64,000 nucleotides of DNA from Camelus dromedarius (taxonomy: Eukaryota): the NCBI RefSeq assembly GCF_036321535.1, contig NC_087447.1:39248001-39312000 (forward strand), given 5' to 3'. A model generated the notes under the pieces. That model was not told where the DNA came from. It saw nothing but the letters and a program-made list of their open reading frames with translations, and did not search any database. This document shows positions 12,846 through 23,640 of the stretch, piece by piece (within the stretch, counting starts at the first letter, position 1; each line of letters opens with the position of its first letter). The translations under genes were made by a program, and so were the position numbers.

Positions 12846-14539
12846 GATTTCAGTCCTCCTTAAAAGGAGACACACACCATGTTTGTCAACAGTAAGACTG
12901 GTTACCAAACACCACAGGACTGCTTGGTTCCTGACAAGGTGCCAGGTGCTTCAAACTCTATCGAATCCAGTGGTTCCTCCCAGCAGGCGCCTACCGTGAT
13001 GCCTGGAGAGCAGACTCTGGATGCCCCCTGTGCACAGGTCCGGCCTCACCCTATACCAGCTGGGCAGTTCACAGAGCCACCTCACTTATAAAATAAGGAT
13101 AATAATTCCACCTACCTCATGGGGTACAAGGATTAAACAAGTTAATAAACGTAAGGTGACTAACATAGTTGCTGGCACTTAGAGAATGTCCAGTAGATGT
13201 CAGCGGCTATTACCATTATCATCATTATTCCTATTTTACGAATGAGGTGAATCAGGCTCAAGGAAGCTAACTAATTTGACCAGGTCACACATTTCAAACA
13301 GTAGTCGAAGGCATAAATACTTGTGAATGTTTTACTCAGCATATGTACAAAATCCAATGGGTAGAGTATTAACCAGAATATTAAATCAGACAGGCCATCC
13401 ATCTCCCTCTTTAACCAGACTGGATAAACATGAGTTTATGCTATTTAAAAGGACAGCATGTACTAATGTAAAAGTCATCTCCCATCATATGCCAGCACTC
13501 CATGTCCTCCTGAAGCAGAGATGACTAAAGCTCATCCAATCTCATCTCCCTGACTTTAGGTCCCCAACTCAAACCCTCCTTCCACACAGACCTAACTACT
13601 CGTGGCCACATCCACATGTGCCCCTAGTGCAAACCTCTTCTCATGCCCCTACCTCTCCAAAGGTGTATCCCCCTTCCTTCTGCAGGCTTAGTCCCTGAGT
13701 GTCTATCCCACCCCATCTCCTCCTCCTCCAGACCATTAATTGGGATTGAACAAGCATACCCTGAAGGCTCCCTCTGCTTGTGATTTGGAAAAGCCAGGAT
13801 GAACTCCTCCCAAAGTGCGTGGCTTGGAGCCAGTAGGTGAGATATTCCCAGAGACAGCCCAACATGGTGTGGGATACAGCAGTATCTAAAATAACCAGAG
13901 CCAGATCAAGGGCTGGGGGACACTGCTGCCCAGGGTGGGGAGGAAGAAAAACAAATAGCTCCAGGAGGACCAAGCATTTGACCTGGGTCTTAACTAAGAG
14001 AAGGATTTGGACCTGAAGAGGTTGGGGCATAGAACAGGTGATGGGCTGGTCCAGGGAGCAAACAGCTCTTCAGCCTGACTGGCCAGTCCTGTGCACACAT
14101 TGAGGACTGGTGGCCAGGTGGGCTGGGCGTGGAGAGGTGAGAAGGAGCAGTAAGAAGGGTGGCTAACATCCACTGAATGCTTACTATGTGTCATGAAGAG
14201 CTTCATGGATTTTTAATTCTTGAACACAATGAATCCACACAACACTCTGAGCTAAGGACTAGAGGGATCCCAGTCTTACTGATGAGGACACCAAGACTGA
14301 GAGAGCAAAGCAACTTGACCACAAGTCATAAAGCTTATAAGGAACAGTTAGGATGTGAAATCTGGCTCCAAGACCTGCGCTTTTAACCACCCAACCAAAG
14401 TCCCTATCAAGACAGCCTGATGGTGAAGGGGTACTTGTGTCATGAGGATGAAATGAGACCATGCTTGCAAGCAGTTTGTAATCTGTAACTCCAAGGTCAC
14501 AGATGCTGGCTACCATTAATGTCTACAATGGACCTGCTA

Positions 14540-14990
14540 GCAGCTGAAGCAGGAGAGGGACATCAGGACTGGAAAGAGGACCCCAAGCAGAGAAGAACAG
14601 TGTGAAGAGTGGAGGCCAGGACAGACACTCCTTTGAGGGTGTGCAGGAAGAAAACCATGAAAGCAATGTGACCTAAAGGCTGAGGGAGGAGGGGATTTCA
14701 AGGCAGGAAAGACAGGCACATAAAAACTATAAAGGGGCCAAGAACAACGATTTAGGACTAAGAAAGGGGCCCCTGCAATTGAAGACTTAAAGTTCTGGGA
14801 GATCTTTGAGAAGAAGTATGAAGAAGGGTGGTAGAGAGAGAAGCCAGAGGGCAGGAGCTAAGGAGGGAGCAGATGAGAGAGTGGAGCAGGTGAGCATTCA
14901 CAGCCCTGGGAGACATTGCCGGGCAGGGAGGGGAGGAGATGTAGGGACCCAGAGGCACCACGTGCAGACACAGGAAAGCTGCCAACTGCA
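14540..14990 (-). mobile_element. L2 LINE internal fragment
   Basis: Purine-rich degenerate match to the antisense L2 ORF2 region. Confidence 0.5.
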
Positions 14991-17900
14991 CAGCAGCCCC
15001 CAGCAGGCCTGTTTCTTCCCCTTCCACCCTTCCCTTCCCAGTCAAGACAAGGGCTTTTCTGGGGTTGGTGAGGAGGCTGAGGGGGCAAACAGCATGAAGG
15101 ATATTCCAGGGACAGGATCGTGGCAGCTGGGGGGCGGGGGTGAGAATGGCAGTAAACACTGAGGGAGGGCTTCCTGTATGCCGAGCACTTTACAGGCATC
15201 ATCTCCCCTGATTCTGACAGGGACTCCACAAGGCAGGCACCTGTCACTGCACCACAGAGGAGGAGCCTGCAGTCAATGGAGTCCAGCACTTGTCCAAGGC
15301 CACCGCACCCAACCCCAGCGCCAGGTTCTGCTCCCAGGGACCAGGCTCCTGCCCAAAGTGAGGGTCCAAGAAGAGGGATCAGGGGAGAAATCCACTTGCT
15401 TTTTCTGAACTGGGAGGAGAGGAGGAGACATGGGGGAAAAAGACAAGACATTTGAACAGGAAGGAAGAGATGCTGAGGGAGCTTAAGTCAGAGCAGGTCT
15501 TGTTTAGAGAGAAAGGGAGGAGAAAAATCAGGGTGGGAGTTTGGGGCAAGTCCAGGTATTGTGATGAAGTGGCATTGAAGAGAGACAAGACTGCAGAGAA
15601 GGGTTTCACAGCTGTGTTTCTGGGCTCCTAACTAAACCTCAAGATCTAGAAAGGATGTTTTATTTCCCTGCAAGTGCTACCATGTTAATTAAAATCACCG
15701 GCTGTGAATGTAATATCATATGGGCTGGAAGCTGTTCCTTTAATATTTGACTTTCTCCAACCACCATGGAATGGAATCACAAATAGAAGAAAGCTCATAG
15801 AAGGAAGGCAACCCTTATACCAGAGAGATACTGAACATCTAGTTTTTTCATATTCTTATGCATTCTGTTAACAAGTCTTTCCACAATGCTTGCCCACCAT
15901 TTAGTACATAAACTGCATAGAGATTGTTGATGTGGAGGGATAAATAGGAGGTTTGCCTCCTTGTGGTAGGCAGACCTCTTCTGCAAACAGCAAACTCCCA
16001 AGTAGTCATCATTTTTATAAATCATTTGAAATGGATTCTTTAAAACACCATCTGTTGATCTGTTTAAGTTTCCTACGAAAATAGGATTTCAGCTCAGATA
16101 TTCTGGAAGTTCCAGCAGGTAAATACCAACCTGAATTCAGATGTATTAAATATTTAGAGGTGCACAGAACTTTAGAGCAGAAGGAACCTCTGAGATCACC
16201 TGGTTCAACTGCCTTGCTTTCCATCTGAGGCAAGTAGAACCCAGAAAGGCTCAGTGACTTGTCCCAAGTGGCACATCCATGAAAGCCCAAGTCTGGGCGA
16301 GAACCAGGATATTCTAACTCTCAGGCTAATGCTCCTCCACCACACCTGCTCCCTTCTCTCTCCCTCTTTCTAAACTTTAGGGGCTGGAATAAGGTACAAA
16401 TTTAACTAGAGTTTTAACATTATCATTATTCACTGGCTACATCTACAATCAAGACCAAAAAGGCTTCTACAGATCCAGCTTTAGATGATACAGGCAATTT
16501 CAGATCCTGCCCAGGAAATTTTAAAGTGTTCTAAATACAAACAACAAAGTGAGAGACTCATCAGTAAAGTGAACCCAGTAACAGAGCATGGAGTGAAAGA
16601 TTCAATTTTGTGTTTAAAAAAATATTTCGTAGTTTCATTGACACGGGAATCAAATTTAACAGCAGATTTTTTTTTTTCTTTTTTAAGTCTTGCAAGAACA
16701 GAGAGCATGAGATTATTCAAAACTGCTCAGGAGCAGAAACGATTATTTTAAGCTCATGATTCAACCAGTACATTAATTAAAAACTCCACCAACCCAAATT
16801 GATAGATCCTGATATCAATGGGACCAGAAGAATTAAAATAATAGTTGTCATATAAAAATAGATTAAAGGGGGGAACAGCAGCAGATGTCAGAAGGACAAA
16901 TGACAAGCAAGCGTTGTGGGAAACTAGATGTATATAATAGGCAGCTTCTATGGATTTTCTTTTTTAAAGGAAGATACTGGAAACACCCGTACAGTCAAGA
17001 AATGCTTCTTCGAATCTTATTTCTGGCAGCTGGGTGATAAAACTTGGCTAATAATTCCTTGCCGGGAGTAGCTACGTAAGCAGGGAGAGCAGACCGCAAG
17101 AGCGAAAGTGCCAAAACAACGCTAGGTGACTAGGAAGGGGCCGAGGCGGGGGAGGGGGAAAGGGTTGGGGAATGTGGGGAGAAGGCGGGTCAGCCCCTGG
17201 TCCCCCACCAGCCAGCACAAACTTGACAAGAGACGCCAACGTCCAGGGACGTCCACGGCAGCCCTTCCTTTCTCTGCGCCTGCCCTCGGGCACCTGCGTG
17301 CGCCCCACACCCGCTCCCACGACCCCCGGGTGACCGACTCGAGCCCCGCAAGGTCGGCATTAATTTCTAGTCTTCCACTTCTTCCTCAAAGCAAACGAGA
17401 GCTATTTTGGCTGTCAACGCCCGGCAATCGCGAGCGGGAACATTTTTCTTTGACATCTGTCAAACCCGCGGCTACAGCAAGCCTCGCGGCGCCCTCCGCG
17501 TGTCTCCTAGACTCCAAGGCCGGCGGCGGGCCCACACCTGGGCGCCGGGCGACATCCCTGCGCCATAAAGCACCTGCTCTCAGACCCACGGGGGATCCTC
17601 CTGGAGCTGCCCAGGACCCAGACGGCGCAGGCCAGACGAAAGTTCGCAGGCCAGGGTCGGCCCCATCTCTGGGAGGGGATTCCCAGGTGCCACGCTAGCC
17701 CCTGCGACAGGGCCAAAGGGGCAGAGGGGGATCGGACTCCCCAAGCCCGGCAGAGGCGCCCTCCCCACCCCCACCCAGCCCCGCAGGCTCCCGAAAGGGA
17801 AGTGGAGGAGAAGGGGAGGAAGGACAGAAGAGGCATCTCTCGCCCAACGCCCTTGGGACGCAACCGTCAAGGGTGGTCCCCTTGGGGGTCCCCGCACCTC

Positions 17901-18431
17901 CTGGTGATACGTCCTAGGATTCGCCCTCAGCCAAGTCACTGCTCCCAAAGGGCGGGGCTGTCCCTTTAAGAGGCAGCTGGCTGCTCCCACCTACCCCCCG
18001 TCAGGTAGCGATGCCCGCGGAGGGGAGATGGGTATTCCCGTGGACTCTTTCCCAGCCCCTTTTAGGGCGCCTGCGGCACCTCTGCCCGCTCTACCCCGCA
18101 GTGCCAGCCCCAGCGAGGGAGGATGGGGGCGGACGGGCGCGGCGCCTTTAAGGGGTGCAGCCTCTCCGCAGCCCGGGTGGGGGCAGGGAGTGGGCACGGG
18201 CCCTTTAAGGCCGGCAGCGGGCACGTCGGGCAGGGCTCCCCGGCGGCCGGGCTGCGCCCCGGGCGGCGGCGGAGGTGCTGCGCCTGCTAGGGTGATAACG
18301 GCCCCGACGGGGTGCCCGCGGCCGCTCCGCTGGCCACGGCCAGCCCGACACTCACCGTGGCTCGCCGGGAGCGCCCGCGCCCGCGCCCCCACTCGGATCC
18401 CGCGGCGGCGGCGGCGGTGAGTCCGGCGCGG

Positions 18432-18438
18432 GTAAACA
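18432..18438 (+). promoter_or_regulatory. Forkhead (FOXO/FOXK-type) motif GTAAACA in exon 1
   Basis: Exact GTAAACA in otherwise very GC-rich sequence, 14 bp from RORE 2. Confidence 0.45.
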
Positions 18439-18452
18439 GGCACCTCCGTCCC

Positions 18453-18463
18453 TGACCTACTTT
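18453..18463 (-). promoter_or_regulatory. RORE 2 (ROR/REV-ERB response element), AAAGTAGGTCA
   Basis: Plus strand TGACCTACTTT; perfect match to WAWNTRGGTCA. Confidence 0.92.
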
Positions 18464-18488
18464 CTGCCTTCCCTAAATGTCGCACCAC

Positions 18489-18499
18489 TAACCTACTTT
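18489..18499 (-). promoter_or_regulatory. RORE 1 (ROR/REV-ERB response element), AAAGTAGGTTA
   Basis: Plus strand TAACCTACTTT at 18489-18499, 25 bp from the second RORE. Confidence 0.88.
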
Positions 18500-18503
18500 C
18501 CGA

Positions 18504-18826
18504 CCAATCCGCTCCCCGCCGGCCCAGGCCCGGCCCCCCGCCCACCAATCGCTGTGCCCAACCCCCCTTCCCCGCCCACCAATGGAGGAGCCGCGGAGCC
18601 CGGATACCTGCCTCTTCCCGCTAGCCAATCCGAGCGCCCGAAGGGAGCCGGTCGCGGCGGCCGACCCCGGCCAATCCGCGCGCGGCTCGGCGGCCGGCTG
18701 GCCATTTGTGTGGCAGCTAGAGAGGCCGCTGACCAATGACGAGGCGGCGGGGGCCGGTTTACCTGCTACTTTCCCGCCACCAATCGCTTGGCGCACAGAA
18801 GCGCACGCCCCAAGGCGAGGACCAAT
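18504..18826 (+). promoter_or_regulatory. Array of eight CCAAT (NF-Y) boxes
   Basis: CCAAT starts at 18504, 18545, 18579, 18625, 18671, 18733, 18780 and 18822, all in the same orientation. Confidence 0.8.
18770..18778 (+). promoter_or_regulatory. E2F-like motif TTTCCCGCC
   Basis: Motif match abutting a CCAAT box; motif evidence only. Confidence 0.35.
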
Positions 18827-19849
18827 CCGCGCGCTTTCCCTGGATTTCCTCGCCCCTGCCCTCTCTCTTTCCCTTCAGGTCTCCCGCTCGCCTTGGCCAC
18901 TGCGGGTGCAGACGCCGCACTCCTCGCAGTTTCCTGGGATGTCCCTCTTCTCTAGGTTCCTGGCTTGCGTCTGGCTCACGGCTCTTACTCCTCCTCCCTC
19001 CCCCTTTTCACTCGGGGCATCCTGACTAAAGCAGCATTTCCTCACTCGCCTCCCTCCAACTCCATCTAGCAAACCAATTTTAGGAACACAGTGTGCCAGA
19101 CCCTTCCCAAAACATCTTGGTTTGCCAAAGTCCAAAAAGAGAGCTTGAATACTTAGTATTTCTAGAAGGCTTTTCCGTTCTAGTGTTCATTCTTACGTTC
19201 TTTTCGTTGGTCCTGACCTCCAAGCGTCACATTGGAGCTGTCATTCTCGTTGTTCAAAAGAAAAAAACTCAAGCCTGGAGCGATTTCATTGCGTTTCCCT
19301 TCAGTGGCCGCGTTTTGACCACCTACTGTGTGTCAGACTACGTCCCAGTGGCTCTGGTCACCGTAGAAAAGCTGTCCAGGGAGTGAGACGGAAGAAAACA
19401 AATAGTTACAGAAAATAAACATTTCATAACAAAATACAACTTGAGTACTGAGAGAACGTAGAATCTGTTTTAAGACCCTTAGCAGAGGATCTTTAGTACG
19501 AAGAACTCCCAACCCTGTTAGGTGTTAAACTCTCCTAATACCAGGACAGTATCTTTTTTGTTATACTCGCCCTCTCCCCTTTAGCACCTAACTAAAGGAG
19601 AGGGGTGGGGGCGGGACCTAACTCCTAACATGTTTGTTTCTTAACTGGATATATGAACATATGGATCTAAATCACTTCACTCAATCCTGTGACCCAGACT
19701 AGCTTCCATGACTCTAGAATTCTAGCCTTGTTCCTTAAACACAGGCACTGCATTTTAAACATTGTAAAATTCTTCCCGTTCCCAGTACATTGCCAGGAAC
19801 GTAGGGGTGCCCAAAATGTGCTTGTGGTTTGAATGTTGACAGTTTTCAA

Positions 19850-21130
19850 GGTTAACCAACTTCATTGGTAGCTTACTACTTTTCCCCAGTTTACATGATG
19901 GTGGAATCTGATTGCTGTTTACTTTGTCTTCGTTCTGATTTCATGAGGAGACTATGCTATACAATGGGATTTTAGCAATGTACTTGACAAGATATTGTGG
20001 ACAAGATGAAGAAATAGACTCCTGGATTCTAGTGTAATTAATTGGACGAATAACCTGTTAAGTAACCATAACCTAAAGATGCTGATTAATGAATCCATGT
20101 TGAGCTGAAGGAAGGGTGGAGAGAATCAACATTTGTGCAGCAACTGCTAGATGCTAAGTGCCTTCCCTGCATCTTCCCCCTTAATCCTCACAATCCCTTT
20201 TTACAGATAAGGAAACTGAAACTCAGAGTTTAAACAGCTTGCCCAAGGCCACAAGTCAAACCAGGTTCATTAGACTTCAAAACCTTCAGACCACACCAGT
20301 TATCATCAGGATGGCAGAAGGCTCTCTGCACACCAGACTTTAGGACTTTTATAAATGCTCTGAATGAAAACGCAGAGGATGTACACCAAATTTTCAGGTA
20401 ATAAAAGACCAAGAGGGAAAAAGACACTATTACACAATACAAGCCAAGTGCAATGTTGGAGCAATGGGCTGACTCTAACAGAGATAAATGTGGGGGTCCT
20501 GTCCTAGGAAATCAACTGCTGAAAGGCAGGCTAGGGGCAGAGGTATCTTAGCAGATGCATGTGAAACAACACTACAGGGTCTTAGGTGACTCAATCTGAG
20601 TCCTCAGTGAAGTGTGGCTGCCAGAATAAATGAATGCTGATTTAGGCTACATCGACAGAAGTCTGACATGTAAAACAAGATGAGGTTACAATGCTGCCTA
20701 GTGCTGGTCATGATACACGTGGAATTCTGTCTCCAATGAAGGCTTGGCAAAAAGAAACCATCTACATGCACAGGAGAGGGACCAGGATGTAATGAGGTTA
20801 GGAAATATGTCGCAGGAGAAAAGATTAAAGGAAGCGTAAGGTTTTTGCCCCAGGGGTACAAGGTAACTGTCTTCATGTATTTGAAGAGCTGTCAAATAGA
20901 AGAGAAATTAGACTTATTCTTCAGGGCCCCAAGGGATAGAAGGGGGACCTGTGGGTAGAAGTTCCAGAATGACTCAATTTGAAGAATTTTCTAACAACTA
21001 GAGCCTCTTCTGCCTTGGTAGATTGAGTTTCTTGTCACAGAGGGTGTCCAAGTAAGAACCGGATGACCACACGGTGGGAGTGGGTTGGAATAGGTATCTT
21101 TCAGGACTCTGCCTCTCTGAGACGCTGTAG
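19850..21130 (+). mobile_element. L3/CR1 LINE fragment (RT to 3' end), interrupted by a MIR at about 20120-20290
   Basis: CR1-like motifs (ggattttagcaatgtacttgacaag; tcagtgaagtgtggctgccag...gctacatcgacagaagt; gtcttcatgtatttgaagagctgtc). Confidence 0.6.
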
Positions 21131-21406
21131 TTCTACCCTCATACTTTGGTTTTCCTCTTTTAAATTTTAACACCCTGCCTTTTCCTATCCTCGGTGGCCA
21201 AGCTACTGTTCGTCCTCACGTGTGCCTGTTCTTCCACATGTGTTATGTTTTCCCTTGTGTTTCTCTCTGTTGGAGGTCCCAAACACCTCCATCTTCCTCA
21301 GGTACCTGACTTCCTTTTATTTCCGCCTTCCAGAATACCAAATTTTCAGTTCTCTGGCCACTATTGAGATCACAATATTGTCCTCAATCTAAAATTTGCT
21401 GGACTT

Positions 21407-21562
21407 TTATTGTGGTGGTAGTTTCATAGATGCATACATCCCTCAAAAGCCATCAAATTGTACATCTGAAATATGTATAGTTTACTGTAAGAAATTATAC
21501 TACCATAAAGGAGTTTAAATTAAAAAACAAAACAAAACAATGGGCACAAGTTAAAAATAAAA
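21407..21562 (+). mobile_element. 5'-truncated L1 3' end with 17-bp TSD
   Basis: L1M-type tail (catcaaattgtacatctgaaatatgtatagtttactgta) and A-rich end; TSD taaaatttgctggactt at 21390-21406 and 21563-21579. Confidence 0.75.
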
Positions 21563-21971
21563 TAAAATTTGCTGGACTTGAATAGTATCCTTTGGATAAA
21601 AGGAAGGGAAGAGAACTTTTACTGAGCACCTACTGTGTGCCAGGTTCTTTAAATACATTATCTAATATAATCTTTACATTAATCCCAGTAGTCGATATGC
21701 TGGCTCTCCACATTTGCTAGATGGATGACCTTTATCAAGTAACTTAGCCTCTTTTGTACCTCAGTTTCCTCATCGTAATATAGAGATAACCTAATATCTA
21801 CTTCACAGGACTGTTGTGAGAGTTAAGTGAGAATATAGGTAGAAAGCCCTTGGCACAGTGCCTGGCACACAGTAAAGACTCAATATATATTAGGTTTACA
21901 ATTCTATGAAATAGATATTTACTGTGCCCATTTTACAGATACAGTTAGTGAGGATAAACTAGTGTAATCCA

Positions 21972-22117
21972 CAGTAGTTCCCCAAACTCTGATCCAATGA
22001 TCAGGTTTGTTAGAATTAACTGAAGAGTTTTTAAAAATATAGATTTCCAAGTCCCAATCTGGGAGAATTTGATTCAGTATCTTTGGGATCTGAGATACGG
22101 TCAAATTTGGGAACTGC
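21972..22117. mobile_element. MER5-type hAT-Charlie MITE
   Basis: Terminal inverted repeats cagtagttccccaaact / aatttgggaactgctag with a MER5-like interior. Confidence 0.6.
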
Positions 22118-22588
22118 TAGTCTAATGGAATAAGCACAGGCTCTAAAGTCCAACAGACCTGAGATCAGATTCCAGGTCTGTAGGACTGAGTGGAGAAGCC
22201 AATGACAGGACCAGGAAGTTATGCAGCTGTGCTCTCTTTAGAAGGAGACTGAGAAGCCCTGAGATGGACATGTTAAAGTTCTTGTAGAAAACCAAGCAGG
22301 AATGTGTTGCTATAAATAATAGTAATAACAACAACAATATTGGTTGCAGGTTTACAATGAGTTGAGCACTATTCGAAGAGCTTTATATGCATTACCTCAT
22401 TTAGTTTTCACAAATCCCTATAAGGTAGGTACTTCTATTAGTCCCATTTTACGGATGGGGGAACTGAAGCGCAGAGAGGTCCTGAGACCTCAGGCTAGAT
22501 AGTCTGACCCCAGAGCTTACATGCTTAACTACTTCAGTAAATCAATCACCTCTTTTGGACAATTCCTTTGGAAAACAAGAAACTTCAT

Positions 22589-22753
22589 TTTTTGTTGTTG
22601 TTTTTTAAATTTGTGTGTGTTTCTTGAGGGGGAGGTAATTAGGTTTATTGATTTACTTACTTATTTAATTTTTTTTAACAGAGGTACTGGGGATTGAACC
22701 TAGGACCCTGTGCATGCTAAGCATACACTCTACCACTGAGATATACCCGCCGC
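22589..22753 (-). mobile_element. tRNA-Ala-derived SINE (vic-1-like)
   Basis: Reverse-complement copy; TSD agaaacttcat at 22578-22588 and 22754-22764. Confidence 0.85.
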
Positions 22754-23249
22754 AGAAACTTCATATTTTTAGAGATATAGGTTCAGGAGTCATTAATTCA
22801 AGGTGGTGAGCATTATTTTTTTTAATTTCCAATTTACTGGGGCTTCATGTAGAGAGAAGGAGAATACTCAGGACTATGCCTCGGAGGTAGGGATGTCATC
22901 TCAGACTTAGGGAATGCAAGAAACAGAAGCCTCTTCAACTAACTTAACCCCAAAGGGGGAGATTTCTTGGGAGAAGATGAAGGTATCTCATGGAACCCTA
23001 GAGTAAGAAACACAGCAAATCCTCACAGAGGACTAGAACTGGGGCACAGTAGGCATGAAGAAGTTCCCATCTCCTCCTATCTCTGGGGTCTTGTGGCCTT
23101 TGGACTGGTCTTTTCTCTGTCTGTCTGCCTGATGATTTTTCTGTCACTCTTTACCCTCCTCCCCATTGGTACATGGTCCTTCATGGGTGCTCTCAACCCC
23201 TGAGACACATACACCCCCCCCCCACACACACACACACAGAGGAGAGGCT

Positions 23250-23640
23250 CTCAAAGTGAGGGGCATGGGTTGATGAAGAGTCCCCAAAAGTGGCTACTGA
23301 AGTAAAAGAAGAATCAGAATAGGAGAAAATACAGAGTAATAAAAGCAAAAGAAGAAGCAAGAAAGTGAAAATCCAGGTTTGGAAAACTCCCGAGGAAAGT
23401 CTCAACAGACAGGTGTAGAAGCAAGATAAGGGAAACTTACACTTGAGCAAACGGTTTGGGTTAGAACAACAAAGAAATCTAACTGTAAGAAAGCTGTTTT
23501 TACTAAAACTGCTTCTAGAGCCAGAAGATGTACCATAGGATATGGGGAAATCAGGGACAGAAAAGTGTGAAGACAATGGGGCACCAGGGAGTACAGACCA
23601 TTTTTGGAAGACATTTGTTATTTAAGGGTAAATGAGAAAA
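23250..23640 (-). mobile_element. L2 LINE internal fragment
   Basis: Degenerate antisense L2 pattern. Confidence 0.45.

Larger units (their letters stand above)
1..18510 (-). other. BMAL1: 5' portion of BMAL1 (ARNTL): non-coding exon 1 plus proximal intron 1; no coding exon in the window
   Basis: Minus strand reads GGAAAGTAGGTTAGTGGTGCGACATTTAGGGAAGGCAGAAAGTAGGTCAGGG, which I recognise as the tandem-RORE signature of the mammalian Bmal1 promoter. It lies in a CpG island and is followed by a consensus donor. The TSS position is approximate. Confidence 0.9.
18356..18510 (-). other. BMAL1: BMAL1 non-coding first exon (5' boundary approximate)
   Basis: GC-rich segment ending ...GAGCCACG|GTGAGT (donor at 18355-18350, minus strand). 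It contains a (CGC)5 tract and has no ATG on the minus strand. Confidence 0.75.
17060..19020. promoter_or_regulatory. CpG island / BMAL1 promoter region
   Basis: Abrupt rise in GC and CpG density relative to the CpG-depleted flanks; several GC boxes. Confidence 0.92.

Noticed and set aside
14758..15451. Overlapping 118-197 aa ORFs
   Set aside because: Partly L2-derived and compositionally biased, with no protein similarity that I recognise.
15795..16072. 76-aa minus-strand ORF with an upstream AG, as a possible BMAL1 coding exon
   Set aside because: The translation does not resemble the BMAL1 N-terminus or its bHLH-PAS domains, and the donor is weak.
17072..19135. Many overlapping 60-190 aa ORFs in the CpG island
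   Set aside because: Low-complexity Gly/Pro/Arg/Ala translations on both strands are expected from stop-codon scarcity in GC-rich DNA; none resembles a known protein.
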